NCBI GenBank assembly: GCA_037446155.1
Contig: JBBIJE010000008.1
Span: forward strand, 94,049 to 158,048
DNA from: Myxococcales bacterium
GTDB lineage: Bacteria; Desulfobacterota; Binatia; UTPRO1; JBBIJE01
Direction: 5' to 3'
DNA: 64,000 nt
Below the pieces are notes generated by a model, which saw only the letters and a list, made by a program, of their open reading frames with translations, was not told the DNA's origin and searched no databases. The position numbers and the translations under genes are program-made. Each line of letters begins with the position of its first letter. The first letter of the stretch is position 1. This document shows positions 8,807 to 18,445 of the stretch, piece after piece.

Positions 8807-9631
8807 TTAGCCGCGGGGCTGAGGGCGTGGCATGAGCCTAAGGAACGCGGGCACTGGACGCGCTGCCGCCGGCACCGGCTCGGCCAACGCGGCTACGATA
8901 GCCTCCACTTCGGGAGGGGAGAGGAGGGTATCGGCTGGCTCGGCGCGGATGGCGCGGGCGACGTTCGGAGCCGTGACCACCATTACCCCGCGGCGGTTTT
9001 CCCCTACAGCCACGAGTCCGTGGGGGAAGCATAGGACCGGCTTGACCTTAGGGCGAAACCCTAAGCGGCGGAAGATCCGTTCGGCTACGCAAGCGGCCTC
9101 CATCTTCGCCTCTTCCACCAAGTCGTCCCTCGTTTTTCTTCCGGCAAGAAACGCGCCAGGCTCCCTGGAGGCGCCCCTCCGTTCACCGGTCCGTCGCGTG
9201 GTTACGACAAAAACACCGTTGGGACCTACTACCACATGTTCCTGCTTACCAGGCGTTCCCACCAGACGGCGGAGAAGCTCGTAGCCTCGCAGGCGCTCGA
9301 GCACGCGGCCGGTGTCGCGCATGGCGGCCTGGAGATTTCGGGCCTCCTTGAGACGCCCCACGCTTCGACCCAAGGAGCGGCAGTAGCGCCAGGCGATGAC
9401 GCCAAGCCCAAAGGCCATACAGAGGTGGGCGATCCCCTGGCCAGAGGAAATCATCGCGAAAGCTGCGCAGCCGCTAACGACTGCCCCGAAGAGCGAAAGA
9501 GCTAGCAACCGAAACTCGGCCCCTGTTACCGGGCGGCGGATCCGCAACATGCGGATTGCGCAAAGCAACCGCCGTGCCATGGCCTGCTCTCTAGTCCAGG
9601 AGCCCGTTCCGTGCCGAAAACCCAAGCGCAA
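8807..9631 (-). CDS. NERD (nuclease-related domain) membrane-anchored protein.
   Basis: Hydrophobic segment near the N-terminus followed by HVVVGPNGVFVVTTRR, which matches the NERD core hhIgpnGvFViEvK. Confidence 0.5.
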   Translation of the reverse strand: MRLGFRHGTGSWTREQAMARRLLCAIRMLRIRRPVTGAEFRLLALSLFGAVVSGCAAFAMISSGQGIAHLCMAFGLGVIAWRYCRSLGRSVGRLKEARNLQAAMRDTGRVLERLRGYELLRRLVGTPGKQEHVVVGPNGVFVVTTRRTGERRGASREPGAFLAGRKTRDDLVEEAKMEAACVAERIFRRLGFRPKVKPVLCFPHGLVAVGENRRGVMVVTAPNVARAIRAEPADTLLSPPEVEAIVAALAEPVPAAARPVPAFLRLMPRPQPRG

Positions 9632-9720
9632 GCAGGCGGGGGCAGGTCGAGATCCGCCAATGCCAGGGATCTTTCTACGGCCTATGGTCAGTCAACTTAG
9701 GGGAAGCGAGCGGCGAAAAA

Positions 9721-11034
9721 TTAGCGACCGTCAACGTTGTTGGACGACCCGCAAGCCGAGCGGCACGCCTCGGCCAAGATATCGACCGTGTGTTTAACGG
9801 GGATCGCCAGTCCCGCGGCTTTAAGCCCGGCCGAGATTTGCAGGGCGCATCCGGGGTTGGGTGCGACCACGACATCGGCCTTCGCGCGGCCGACCGCCGC
9901 CGCCTTCCGCTCGACGAGCCGCCGAGCCATTTTAGGCTGGAGGAGGTTGTAATCGCCGGCGCTGCCGCAACAAAGCTCCGCATCGTCGAGGTCGATGACC
10001 TCGACCCCCGCAATGGATCCGAGCAGTTGTCTCGGCTGCGCGCGGATTCCTTGTGCGTGTGCGAGGTGGCAGGGGTCGTGATAGGCTACCCGCCTAGCCG
10101 GAAGGGCCGATAGGCGCAGCTCACACTCGGCGAGAACCTCGTGGATGTCGCGAACCTTGATGGAGAACGCCCTCGCTTGATCTTTGTACCTTTCATCTCT
10201 TGCCAACAGTTCACCGTACTGCTTCAGCATCGCGCCGCACCCTGCCGCGTTGGTGACAACGTAGTCCAGTCCAAGCTCCCCGAACGCCTCGAGATTTTGC
10301 CGCGCCAAAGCCAGCGCGCCGGCGCGGTTGCCGCCATGGAGAAAGAGCGCCCCGCAGCAGCTCTGTCTTTGCGGCACGTGAACCTCGAAGCCCGCGCGCG
10401 AGAGCAACTCGACGCTGCGCTCGTTAGTGTCCGCGAAAAGAACCGGCATCACGCAGCCCTCGAGAAAACCGACCGCTCCGCGCCTTTTTCCTTGCGCCCG
10501 CAACCAGGGGGAGAGCAGTCTGGGGCGCGGGAGCGGCTCGGGCAAGAGAGCGAGCAGGTACGCCAGCGAGGATCGCCGTGGCACCAGCCGCCGCGCCAGA
10601 GCCAGCAAACGAGCCCGCTCGGCCAAACGCAGCAAATCGGTCGCCCGCGCAAGGCGCCTCGGAGAGGCGAACAACCACTCGACGGAGCGCCGTCGCAGCG
10701 TATCGTGAAGCGGCCTTCGCCGGCTCTCTTCTACCCAGGCCCGCGCCTGCTCGAGCAACGATCCGTAGCGCACCCCCGAAGGGCAGGCGGAGTCGCATCC
10801 CCTGCACCCCAAGCACAGATCGAGGTGGCGCAGCGCCTCGCGGTCGAGCGAAATTTTCCCTTGGCTAAGCGCGCGCATGAGGTAGATCCTACCCCGCGGG
10901 GAGTCCGGCTCGCGCGCAAGCTCTAGATAAGTCGGGCAGGACTGGAGGCAGAGCCCGCAGTGGACGCACTCGAGAAAGGCCTCCTCGGGCGCGAAAAGCG
11001 GCTTTGCGGTGGCACTGCGAGAGTCCTCAGGCAC
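9721..11034 (-). CDS. glcF: Glycolate oxidase iron-sulfur subunit GlcF ((Fe-S)-binding CCG-domain protein).
   Basis: Two ferredoxin-like motifs, CVHCGLCLQSCP and CLGCRGCDSACP, followed by two cysteine-rich CCG regions. 437 aa. Confidence 0.75.
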   Translation of the reverse strand: MPEDSRSATAKPLFAPEEAFLECVHCGLCLQSCPTYLELAREPDSPRGRIYLMRALSQGKISLDREALRHLDLCLGCRGCDSACPSGVRYGSLLEQARAWVEESRRRPLHDTLRRRSVEWLFASPRRLARATDLLRLAERARLLALARRLVPRRSSLAYLLALLPEPLPRPRLLSPWLRAQGKRRGAVGFLEGCVMPVLFADTNERSVELLSRAGFEVHVPQRQSCCGALFLHGGNRAGALALARQNLEAFGELGLDYVVTNAAGCGAMLKQYGELLARDERYKDQARAFSIKVRDIHEVLAECELRLSALPARRVAYHDPCHLAHAQGIRAQPRQLLGSIAGVEVIDLDDAELCCGSAGDYNLLQPKMARRLVERKAAAVGRAKADVVVAPNPGCALQISAGLKAAGLAIPVKHTVDILAEACRSACGSSNNVDGR

Positions 11035-12393
11035 CTACCTCCCCCCGCCAAACCGCCCGGGCGCGAGAATCCCCTCGGGATCGAGCTCGGCCTTGAGGCG
11101 TCGCATCAAGGCCGCGACCGGACCCCAGTTGCTCCAGACCCCTGCGAGCCTTTTCAGCTCGAGCGGCGCACGACATAGCGCCAGATCGCCACCCGTCCGC
11201 CGCACCTTCTCCCTCCAACCCGAGGTAAGTGCCGCAAGAGCCTCGATCGACTCGACTCCCTCGACGGTAGCCCAGATGCTCCCGCAATCGGGGATGACTA
11301 CGAGCGACAGGCGCGCCGCTCGCCCGAGCGCGTCCACCTCCTCCGCCATAGCGGCGGCGAACCCGCCCGCAAGGCGCGGCAGCAGCGCGGCGCGCCAAGC
11401 AACCTCGCTGGCCTCCCGAAGCGGCTTATCGCGAAGGCACCGGTAGGCCTCGGCACCCACTTCGCGCGCGTGCAACCCGTCGTGGGCGAGGTGTTTTCCG
11501 AGCTCATCCACCTGCCAGCTTACCTGTCGGGGGGATCCCGCAAAGCCTACGAGCAGCCCGCACTCCACTTCGCCAATGGTGCGACCTCCCGAGAATGCGG
11601 CCGAGATGAAGGGCCCAAGCCGCTCCTCAGCCAACCGTAGCCCCAGGCTGGCGGCCGCCGCCACGCCGGCTTCGGTATCTACTACGAAGTATCGGATTAG
11701 CTCGGGCGTCGGCTGCACTTTCATCGTGGCTTCCACGATCACGCCGAGCGTTCCCAGCGACCCCACGTAGAGCTTGGGCAAGTCGTAGCCGGCGACGTTC
11801 TTGACGACTCGACCACCGGCCCTCACGAGAGTTCCGTCCGGTAGAGCTACGCGCAGCCCTAGCAGAAAGTCGCGAATCCGGCCGTGAGAAACTCGGCAAG
11901 GCCCCCAGAGATTTGCCGCTATCAAGCCGCCGACGGTTTGGTGCTCCGGCGAAGGCGGATCGATCGGGAGCCATTGGCCCCGGGCGCCGAGCAGATCCGC
12001 CAGCGCTCCCAGCCCAGCCCCGGCCTCGACCGTGACGGTCATATCTGCAGGCTGGTAATCTATTACGCCACCGAGGCCCGTCGTGACGAGGGCCAGGTCG
12101 TAACGATGAAGGGGGCCGCCGAGGTCGATGAAGTTCCCCCCTCCGATCGCGACGGTCGCAAGCTTGTCTTCGGCTGCGTGACGAAGACACTCGCTCAATT
12201 CGCCGAGCGTTTTCGGCCGGGCGACCCAACGGGGCTTTAGCGAGTCGATAGCGCGCGCCTCTATTGGGTCGGCCGCTCGCAGAAGCTCGCACCCCGCCGA
12301 GCCAAGCGGACTCTCGCTCTCTCCATCGGGGCCTGGAGGCTCGAAGGCCGGTCGATTCTTCGGCCCTCCTGCGCCCCCTTCGCTCTCCATCAT
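11035..12393 (-). CDS. glcE: Glycolate oxidase FAD-binding subunit GlcE.
   Basis: FAD-binding PCMH-type domain with motifs GGGNFIDLG and RVVKNVAGYDL. It sits between glcD and glcF with overlapping or adjacent stops and starts. Confidence 0.65.
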   Translation of the reverse strand: MMESEGGAGGPKNRPAFEPPGPDGESESPLGSAGCELLRAADPIEARAIDSLKPRWVARPKTLGELSECLRHAAEDKLATVAIGGGNFIDLGGPLHRYDLALVTTGLGGVIDYQPADMTVTVEAGAGLGALADLLGARGQWLPIDPPSPEHQTVGGLIAANLWGPCRVSHGRIRDFLLGLRVALPDGTLVRAGGRVVKNVAGYDLPKLYVGSLGTLGVIVEATMKVQPTPELIRYFVVDTEAGVAAAASLGLRLAEERLGPFISAAFSGGRTIGEVECGLLVGFAGSPRQVSWQVDELGKHLAHDGLHAREVGAEAYRCLRDKPLREASEVAWRAALLPRLAGGFAAAMAEEVDALGRAARLSLVVIPDCGSIWATVEGVESIEALAALTSGWREKVRRTGGDLALCRAPLELKRLAGVWSNWGPVAALMRRLKAELDPEGILAPGRFGGGR

Positions 12394-13835
12394 GCCGGTG
12401 CCTGCTTGCGCAAGTTCACGCTCTCTACGCAGCTACCCGGGGTGGGAAAGATCTTGCCCGGATTGGCTCGACGCAGAGGATCGAAAGCGTTTCTTACCGC
12501 CTGCATCCACTCGATGTCGGCCTCCTCGAAGAGAAGGCCGAGCTCGGCGATCTTCTCCACCCCGATTCCGTGTTCACCGGTCAGGCTGCCGCCCAGCGCT
12601 ACGCACTCCCTCAAGATCTCTCTGCCCGCCGCCACCACACGAGCTACTTGGTCGGGATCGCGCTCGTCGTAAAGCAGGATCGGATGGATGTTGCCGTCGC
12701 CGGCGTGGAACACATTGGCGATGCGGAGGCTATGGCGTTTGCCGATCTCTTCGATTCGGCGCAGTATTTCCGGCAGCTTGGTTCTAGGCACCACCCCATC
12801 CTGGGTACAGTAGTTCGGTGCCAAACGCCCCACGGCACCGAACGCTCGCTTGCGGCTGCGCCACAATGCCTCCCTCTCCTCGGCAGTGGCGGCCGTGCGA
12901 ATATCGCGAGCTTCCAGATCTTTCAGCAGCGCGATGATCTTTTCCACCTCGGACTCCACCGCCTCCTCCAGGCCGTCCACCTCCACTATCAGTACGGCGC
13001 CCGCACCGGTGGGAAAGCCGAAATGGTAAGCGGCCTCGACGGCTTCGATTATCAATCGGTCCATCATCTCGATTGCCGCGGGAACGATCCCGGCGGCGAT
13101 GATAGCCGACACTGCCGCCGTCGCGTGGTCGACCGATTCGAAGATCGCAAGCAAGGTGCGCGCGGCGGCCGCCGTGCGCTCGAGCCTCACCGTGACTTCG
13201 GTCACGATGCCGAAGGTCCCCTCGCAACCGACCACGACACCGAGCAAATCGTACCCGAAAGTGTCCTCTACCTCGCCACCGATCCCTACCACCTCTCCGT
13301 CCGGCAGGACGAGCTTTACACCGAGCACGTGGTTGGTGGTGACACCGTACTTCAGCGTGTGCGGACCTCCCGAGTTTTCGGCGACGTTCCCCCCGATCGT
13401 GCATGCCGCCTGGCTCGAGGGGTCCGGGGGGTAGTAGTACCCGGCATGCTTTACCGCGTTGGTGATGGCGAGGTTCACCACGCCGGCTTGAGCCGTGAGG
13501 CGGCGGTTGGGGAGATCTATCGACAGTATGCGGTTCATGCGACTGGTGCAGATCATGACCGGCGCATCCGCGGGCAGGCATCCTCCGGAGAGGCCGGTTC
13601 CGGCGCCCCGCGGCACGAAGGGCACGCCTGCGCGGTAGCAAGCATTCAGGCAGCGGCTGACCTCGTCGGTAGTGGCGGGGAGAAGGACGATTTCGGGGAT
13701 GGCGCGAGTCAGGGTATACCCGTCGCACTCGTACACATAGCGGCCGGCTTCGCTGGTCACGAGCCCTTGGGGCCCGAGGATCCGGCTTAACTCCTTTACC
13801 AGAGCGGCAGGCACGGATCGGGCTGTGATTGACAT
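12390..13835 (-). CDS. glcD: Glycolate oxidase subunit GlcD (FAD-linked oxidase).
   Basis: FAD-linked oxidase motifs VPRGAGTGLSGG and IGGNVAENSGG. 481 aa, first gene of the minus-strand glcDEF operon. Confidence 0.8.
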   Translation of the reverse strand: MSITARSVPAALVKELSRILGPQGLVTSEAGRYVYECDGYTLTRAIPEIVLLPATTDEVSRCLNACYRAGVPFVPRGAGTGLSGGCLPADAPVMICTSRMNRILSIDLPNRRLTAQAGVVNLAITNAVKHAGYYYPPDPSSQAACTIGGNVAENSGGPHTLKYGVTTNHVLGVKLVLPDGEVVGIGGEVEDTFGYDLLGVVVGCEGTFGIVTEVTVRLERTAAAARTLLAIFESVDHATAAVSAIIAAGIVPAAIEMMDRLIIEAVEAAYHFGFPTGAGAVLIVEVDGLEEAVESEVEKIIALLKDLEARDIRTAATAEEREALWRSRKRAFGAVGRLAPNYCTQDGVVPRTKLPEILRRIEEIGKRHSLRIANVFHAGDGNIHPILLYDERDPDQVARVVAAGREILRECVALGGSLTGEHGIGVEKIAELGLLFEEADIEWMQAVRNAFDPLRRANPGKIFPTPGSCVESVNLRKQAPA

Positions 13836-13897
13836 GGCGCGAATGATATCATTTTGGTATCCATATACTGCAATCTCGAGCGGAGAGGATTTTTGTC

Positions 13898-15073
13898 ATG
13901 AGGGAGCGCACCGCAGTTTTCCCGCCCCCGGAGCGGATTCTACTGGGCCCCGGTCCGAGCAATGTCCACCCGCGGGTTCTCGCGGCTATGAGTGCGCCGG
14001 TTGTGGGGCATCTCGATCCCGCGTTCATCGATATCATGGAAGAGATCAAGGCGTTGCTGAGGGAGCTCTTCGGCACCCGCAACGAGCTCACCCTGCCGAT
14101 TTCTGGGACCGGTAGTGCCGGACTCGAAGCGTGCCTGGTGAATCTCATCGAACCGGGCGATCGCGTGGTAGTCGGGGTGAACGGCGTGTTCGGGGCTAGG
14201 CTTGCCGATGTGGCTGCCCGCGCCGGAGCGGAGGTCACTGCGGTTCACGCGCCGTGGGGCTCGATCGTCACCGCGGACCAGATTCGCGAGGCGCTGCGCG
14301 AGGCAGGCAAGGCGAAGCTCGTCGCGATCGTGCACGCCGAAACCTCGACGGGCGTCTGGCAGCCTCTGGAGGAGATTTCGGCGGTGGTTCACGAGGCGGG
14401 AGCGCTATTCGTCGTCGACTGCGTGACGTCGCTCGGAGGCTGCCCGGTAGAAGTGGACAAATGGGGGATAGACGCGGCCTACAGCGCAACGCAAAAGTGC
14501 CTTAGCTGTCCACCCGGGCTAGCGCCTGTGACCTTCGGACCGAGGGCGGTGGAGGCGGTCAGGCGGCGCAAAGGCAAGGGGCAGAGCTGGTATCTCGATT
14601 TGAGCCTTCTCGAACAGTACTGGGGGGAGGCGAGAGTGTATCACCACACGGCGCCGATCAGCATGAATTACGCGCTGCTCGAGGGTCTAAGAGTTATCGA
14701 CGAGGAGGGGCTGGAGAAGCGATTTGCCCGACACCGGCGAAACCACGAGGCGTTGATAGCGGGCCTATCGGCCCTAGGCTTGAACATCGCGGCCAAACAT
14801 CCGCATCGCCTGTGGATGTTGAACAGTGTCGCCGTCCCCCCCGGGATAGACGAGGCGCAGGTACGCCGCGAGCTCCTCGACCGCTACGGGATCGAGATCG
14901 GAGCGGGGATCGGACCGCTCAAGGGGAGGATATGGCGGATCGGGCTCATGGGGGAGTCGAGCACGGAGGATAATGTGCTCTTGGTTTTGCGCGCCTTGGA
15001 GGATGCGCTTGCGCGCCAAGGCTTCAGGCAGGGCTGCGGGGAAGAACGCGCCCGGGCGTTTCTCGGACGCTAG
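13898..15073 (+). CDS. Class V aminotransferase (serine-glyoxylate / alanine-glyoxylate aminotransferase-like).
   Basis: Typical AGXT-family N-terminus LLGPGPSNVHPRVLAAM. The PLP lysine lies in SATQKCLS. 391 aa, divergent from glcD. Confidence 0.75.
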   Translation: MRERTAVFPPPERILLGPGPSNVHPRVLAAMSAPVVGHLDPAFIDIMEEIKALLRELFGTRNELTLPISGTGSAGLEACLVNLIEPGDRVVVGVNGVFGARLADVAARAGAEVTAVHAPWGSIVTADQIREALREAGKAKLVAIVHAETSTGVWQPLEEISAVVHEAGALFVVDCVTSLGGCPVEVDKWGIDAAYSATQKCLSCPPGLAPVTFGPRAVEAVRRRKGKGQSWYLDLSLLEQYWGEARVYHHTAPISMNYALLEGLRVIDEEGLEKRFARHRRNHEALIAGLSALGLNIAAKHPHRLWMLNSVAVPPGIDEAQVRRELLDRYGIEIGAGIGPLKGRIWRIGLMGESSTEDNVLLVLRALEDALARQGFRQGCGEERARAFLGR

Positions 15074-15112
15074 CGTGCGGGTCTGGCGCCAAGGGGAAGA
15101 AGGGCCGGGCGC

Positions 15113-15301
15113 CTAGGGGGCACGGCGGTTCATCTCTTTTGCCAGCTTCGGCTCTAGGACGGTATGGGTTGCCGACTTCATCTTGAGCCCCATTTTGATA
15201 AGAAAATCTCCTCCCAGATCTCCATAGTAGGTAACAAAAACCAGGCACGCCACCGCTCCAACCAACATCCCAACGAGGAAACTTCTGACTCCAGGGGTCA
15301 T
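15113..15301 (-). CDS. Small, 62-aa, single-pass membrane protein (hypothetical).
   Basis: GGAGG RBS 7 nt upstream of the ATG. Hydrophobic core FLVGMLVGAVACLVFVTYY. The overlapping 128-aa ORF in another frame looks non-coding. Confidence 0.3.
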   Translation of the reverse strand: MTPGVRSFLVGMLVGAVACLVFVTYYGDLGGDFLIKMGLKMKSATHTVLEPKLAKEMNRRAP

Positions 15302-15419
15302 CGTTCCACCTCCTCGACTCGACCGCTATAGCGCTCCTGCCACCCAGCCCCCAAATGGTGGCCGTGGCCCCGCGTCCCTGGCGTAAATCTGCTTTACGAA
15401 CAGGCCGCATTATCTTAGT

Positions 15420-16628
15420 TTGCCGCTACGTATGTCAATATCGCGCTGGCGCTCGTTAGGCGGGATCGTTGCGGCGTACCTCTCGCTCGCCGTCGGCTGC
15501 CGCCCCCACGTTCCCCCGAAGGCCGAGGTCCCCCTGGCGGGTTACTTGGAGCCTGCCGGCTCGCGCGTTCTCTCGACGCTTTTCGATGACGGGGATACGG
15601 TGTCTCTCGTGCAGGCGCTCGACCGCAGCATTTCTTATTACCGCCTGAGGGATCCCACGCAGACAATCGAGATGGGCGGTGTCGGATTCTCCGCCTCGGC
15701 CATGTTACGAAGCCTGGAGCGATTGCGCTCCCTTTTGGAGGACTCTCCCGGTGCCTACGGGCTTGGCGAGGCCCTAGGCGAAATTTTTTCCCCGTATCGG
15801 GTCACGGTTTCAGAGGGCGTGCTTTTCACCGGCTACTACCATCCCCTCATTGCGGGCAGCTTGCGGCCCGACGAAGTTTACAAGTATCCCATCTGGGGGC
15901 GGCCGGTAGATCTAGTTTCTTTTTCTCTGCGGGACTTCTGTGCCGAGTGCCCGCCGCTGCTTGCGGCCGGAAGGGTGGATGGGGCGCGGCTTTTGCCCTA
16001 TTTCTCGCGAGCGGAGATCGAAGCGGGCGCGCTGGCTTTGCGGGCGCGGCCCATAGCGTGGGCCAGGGATCCCCTCGATATCCTGTTTTTACAGATCCAA
16101 GGATCGGGAAGCCTGGTGCTCCCTGACGGCCGACGCATCGGGCTCGCTTTCGCCGGTTCTAATGGTTTTCCTTACCGTAGCATCGGGCGGCGGCTGGTGG
16201 AGAGCGGCAAGCTCTCGCTTGCGGATTCCAGCGCCCAGGCGATAAGGCGCTACCTCGCCGAGCATCCCGAGGAGGCGAAAGAACTGATCGACTCCAATCC
16301 CCGGTACGTTTTCTTCGGCTTTTCCGCCGACCCCGCGACTGGAAGCCTCGGGGTACCGCTTACGCCGGGCAGGTCGGTCGCCGCCGACCCAGCCTACTAT
16401 GCACCGGGAGCCCTGGCATTCGTACGCACCCGTCGCTACGAGCCGAGCGGTCGCCGCTACGCCCCGCTCGGCCGTTTGGTTCTATATCAGGACAGCGGGG
16501 CCGCCATCCGCGGTCCCGGTCGCGTGGATATCTATTGGGGGGAGGGGGAGGAGGCCGAGGAGGTTGCCGGGAGGCAGCGCAGTCGGGGGGAAATGGTGGT
16601 TTTCGTCCCAAGGGAGCAAGGAAATTAG
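15420..16628 (+). CDS. mltA: Membrane-bound lytic murein transglycosylase A (MltA), lipoprotein.
   Basis: Lipobox LAVGC after a signal peptide. Shows the MltA-like domain organisation, including FLQIQGSGSLVLPDG in the 3D-domain region. Confidence 0.65.
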   Translation: MPLRMSISRWRSLGGIVAAYLSLAVGCRPHVPPKAEVPLAGYLEPAGSRVLSTLFDDGDTVSLVQALDRSISYYRLRDPTQTIEMGGVGFSASAMLRSLERLRSLLEDSPGAYGLGEALGEIFSPYRVTVSEGVLFTGYYHPLIAGSLRPDEVYKYPIWGRPVDLVSFSLRDFCAECPPLLAAGRVDGARLLPYFSRAEIEAGALALRARPIAWARDPLDILFLQIQGSGSLVLPDGRRIGLAFAGSNGFPYRSIGRRLVESGKLSLADSSAQAIRRYLAEHPEEAKELIDSNPRYVFFGFSADPATGSLGVPLTPGRSVAADPAYYAPGALAFVRTRRYEPSGRRYAPLGRLVLYQDSGAAIRGPGRVDIYWGEGEEAEEVAGRQRSRGEMVVFVPREQGN

Positions 16629-16649
16629 GCGGCTTCGCGTTCGCGGGCG

Positions 16650-17384
16650 ATGGCAAAGGGGATGAATCCGTCGGCCGACTGCGGTGGGCTCGCCGTGCGT
16701 TTAGCCGCGTGGGGAGTTCACGCCTACACGGCCGCGGGGGCGTTAGTGGCTTTCCTCGCTCTTGACGCCGTAATGGAGGGGGAGCCGGTTCGGGCTTTTT
16801 GGTGGCTTGCCGTGGCCCTCTTGATCGATAGCTCGGACGGCGCTCTCGCCAGACGTTTCAGAGTGAAGGAGGTAATTGCGCAATTTGACGGCTCGCGCCT
16901 GGATGACCTCGTCGATTACCTAAATTACGTTCTGGTTCCGGTGGCGCTCATGTATCGCCAGCGCCACTTCCCCGACGAAATCGCCCTTCTCGTTGCCGCG
17001 GCCGCGCTGCTCGCCAGCGCCTACGGTTTTTGCCGCAAGGAAGCCAAAACCGCCGATAACTTCTTTTTGGGTTTTCCCTCCTACTGGAATGTGGTGGCCT
17101 TTTACGTGTACGCGCTACGCATCGGCCAAGCCGCCGCAGGCGGCTGGGTGCTCGCGCTTTCCGCGCTGGTCCTGGTGCCCGTCCGTTTCGTTTATCCTTC
17201 GCGCACCCCTTTCTTCAGGAAGACAACCGTCACGCTCGGCGTGGTCTGGGGAGCGATCGTCCTCGGTTGTCTCTGGAAGCTACCCGCCGCACCCGTTTGG
17301 CTCGTTTGGCTCTCGCTCCTCTTTCCCGCTTACTACGCCTTGCTCTCGTTTGCGCTCGAGATCCGCCGCCGCCTGTGCCTCTAA
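16650..17384 (+). CDS. CDP-alcohol phosphatidyltransferase family protein (phosphatidylcholine-synthase-like).
   Basis: DG..AR...G...D...D signature, DSSDGALARRF...FDGSRLDDLVD, in a multi-TM protein of 244 aa. Confidence 0.5.
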   Translation: MAKGMNPSADCGGLAVRLAAWGVHAYTAAGALVAFLALDAVMEGEPVRAFWWLAVALLIDSSDGALARRFRVKEVIAQFDGSRLDDLVDYLNYVLVPVALMYRQRHFPDEIALLVAAAALLASAYGFCRKEAKTADNFFLGFPSYWNVVAFYVYALRIGQAAAGGWVLALSALVLVPVRFVYPSRTPFFRKTTVTLGVVWGAIVLGCLWKLPAAPVWLVWLSLLFPAYYALLSFALEIRRRLCL

Positions 17385-17468
17385 AGGGGGCCGGGCCCGC
17401 GGCGCACAAGGACCGCACCGCGAGGCTTGCGGCTTCTTGCGGGGGCCGGTCGGCGTCAAAGAGGCTCG

Positions 17469-18281
17469 CTAATGGACTTCGGCGCCCCCCGCCACGTTTA
17501 GTGCAATCCCCGTGATGTTATCCGACCGGCACAGAAAGACAGTGGTGTCCCCGATGTCCTCGGGGGGCTGATCCCGCTTCAAATACGTGTTGGCGGCAAC
17601 GAAGGATTCGTAAGCCTTGGCTTCTTCGACGTTGAGCCTCATGGCGACCGCGGCATCGAGCACCTTGTCCCACATGTGGGTCCTGAGAAACCCCGGGCAG
17701 ATGGCGTTTACCGTGATGTTCAGGGGGCCGAGCTCCTCCGCCAGCGCCTGCGTGAAACCTATGACCGCGAACTTGGAGGCGCAGTAAGCTGCCACTCCCG
17801 CCCGACCTGTCTTCCCCGCGATCGAGGAGATATTTATAATTCGTCCCTCGCCTTGGCGCGTGAGGGCGGGGATGGCCGCCTTGCAGCAGAGAAAGACCCC
17901 TTTCACGTTTACCGCCATCAGTCGGTCCCACAGCTCCTCGGGCATCATGGCGACCGGGATCGCGGCCACCACGCCGGCATTGTTGACCAGGATGTCGAGG
18001 CGCCCGAGTTTCTCTTCGGTTTCCCGGATCGTCCGCTCGACGTCGGCGTTCCTCGTGACATCGGCCGCAATCGCCACGCCTTGCACGCCGTGCTTCTCTA
18101 CCAGCGCAATGGTCTCGTTGAGTTCGCGCTCGCCCGAAAGCTCATAGGGGATGGAGGGATCCCCGCTGGATAGATCGGCAGCCGCGATGTGCACGCCTTC
18201 GGCGGCGAGCTTAAGCGCTATCGCCCGGCCTATCCCTCGGGCCGCACCCGTTACGAGAGCAACCTTTCCTCGGAGTTCCAT
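17469..18281 (-). CDS. SDR-family short-chain dehydrogenase/reductase.
   Basis: TGAARGIG cofactor motif, NNAG, and the S...YxxxK catalytic triad context. Start chosen at MELRGK, which has a GGAGGG RBS. Confidence 0.8.
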   Translation of the reverse strand: MELRGKVALVTGAARGIGRAIALKLAAEGVHIAAADLSSGDPSIPYELSGERELNETIALVEKHGVQGVAIAADVTRNADVERTIRETEEKLGRLDILVNNAGVVAAIPVAMMPEELWDRLMAVNVKGVFLCCKAAIPALTRQGEGRIINISSIAGKTGRAGVAAYCASKFAVIGFTQALAEELGPLNITVNAICPGFLRTHMWDKVLDAAVAMRLNVEEAKAYESFVAANTYLKRDQPPEDIGDTTVFLCRSDNITGIALNVAGGAEVH

Positions 18282-18445
18282 GGTATCCCTCCCGCGGTCT
18301 CTTATCGACTCTTGTGCTACTTGTGGCGCAAAGCGCAACCGCTCCGCCGCTCAGGTGGGGCCGAAGCTAGCGCGGCAGCGAAGCCGAGTCCAGGGCCGCC
18401 GCGCGGCCCGTTGAGACAGGCTTTTGGCGCGGGTAAAATTCCCGC

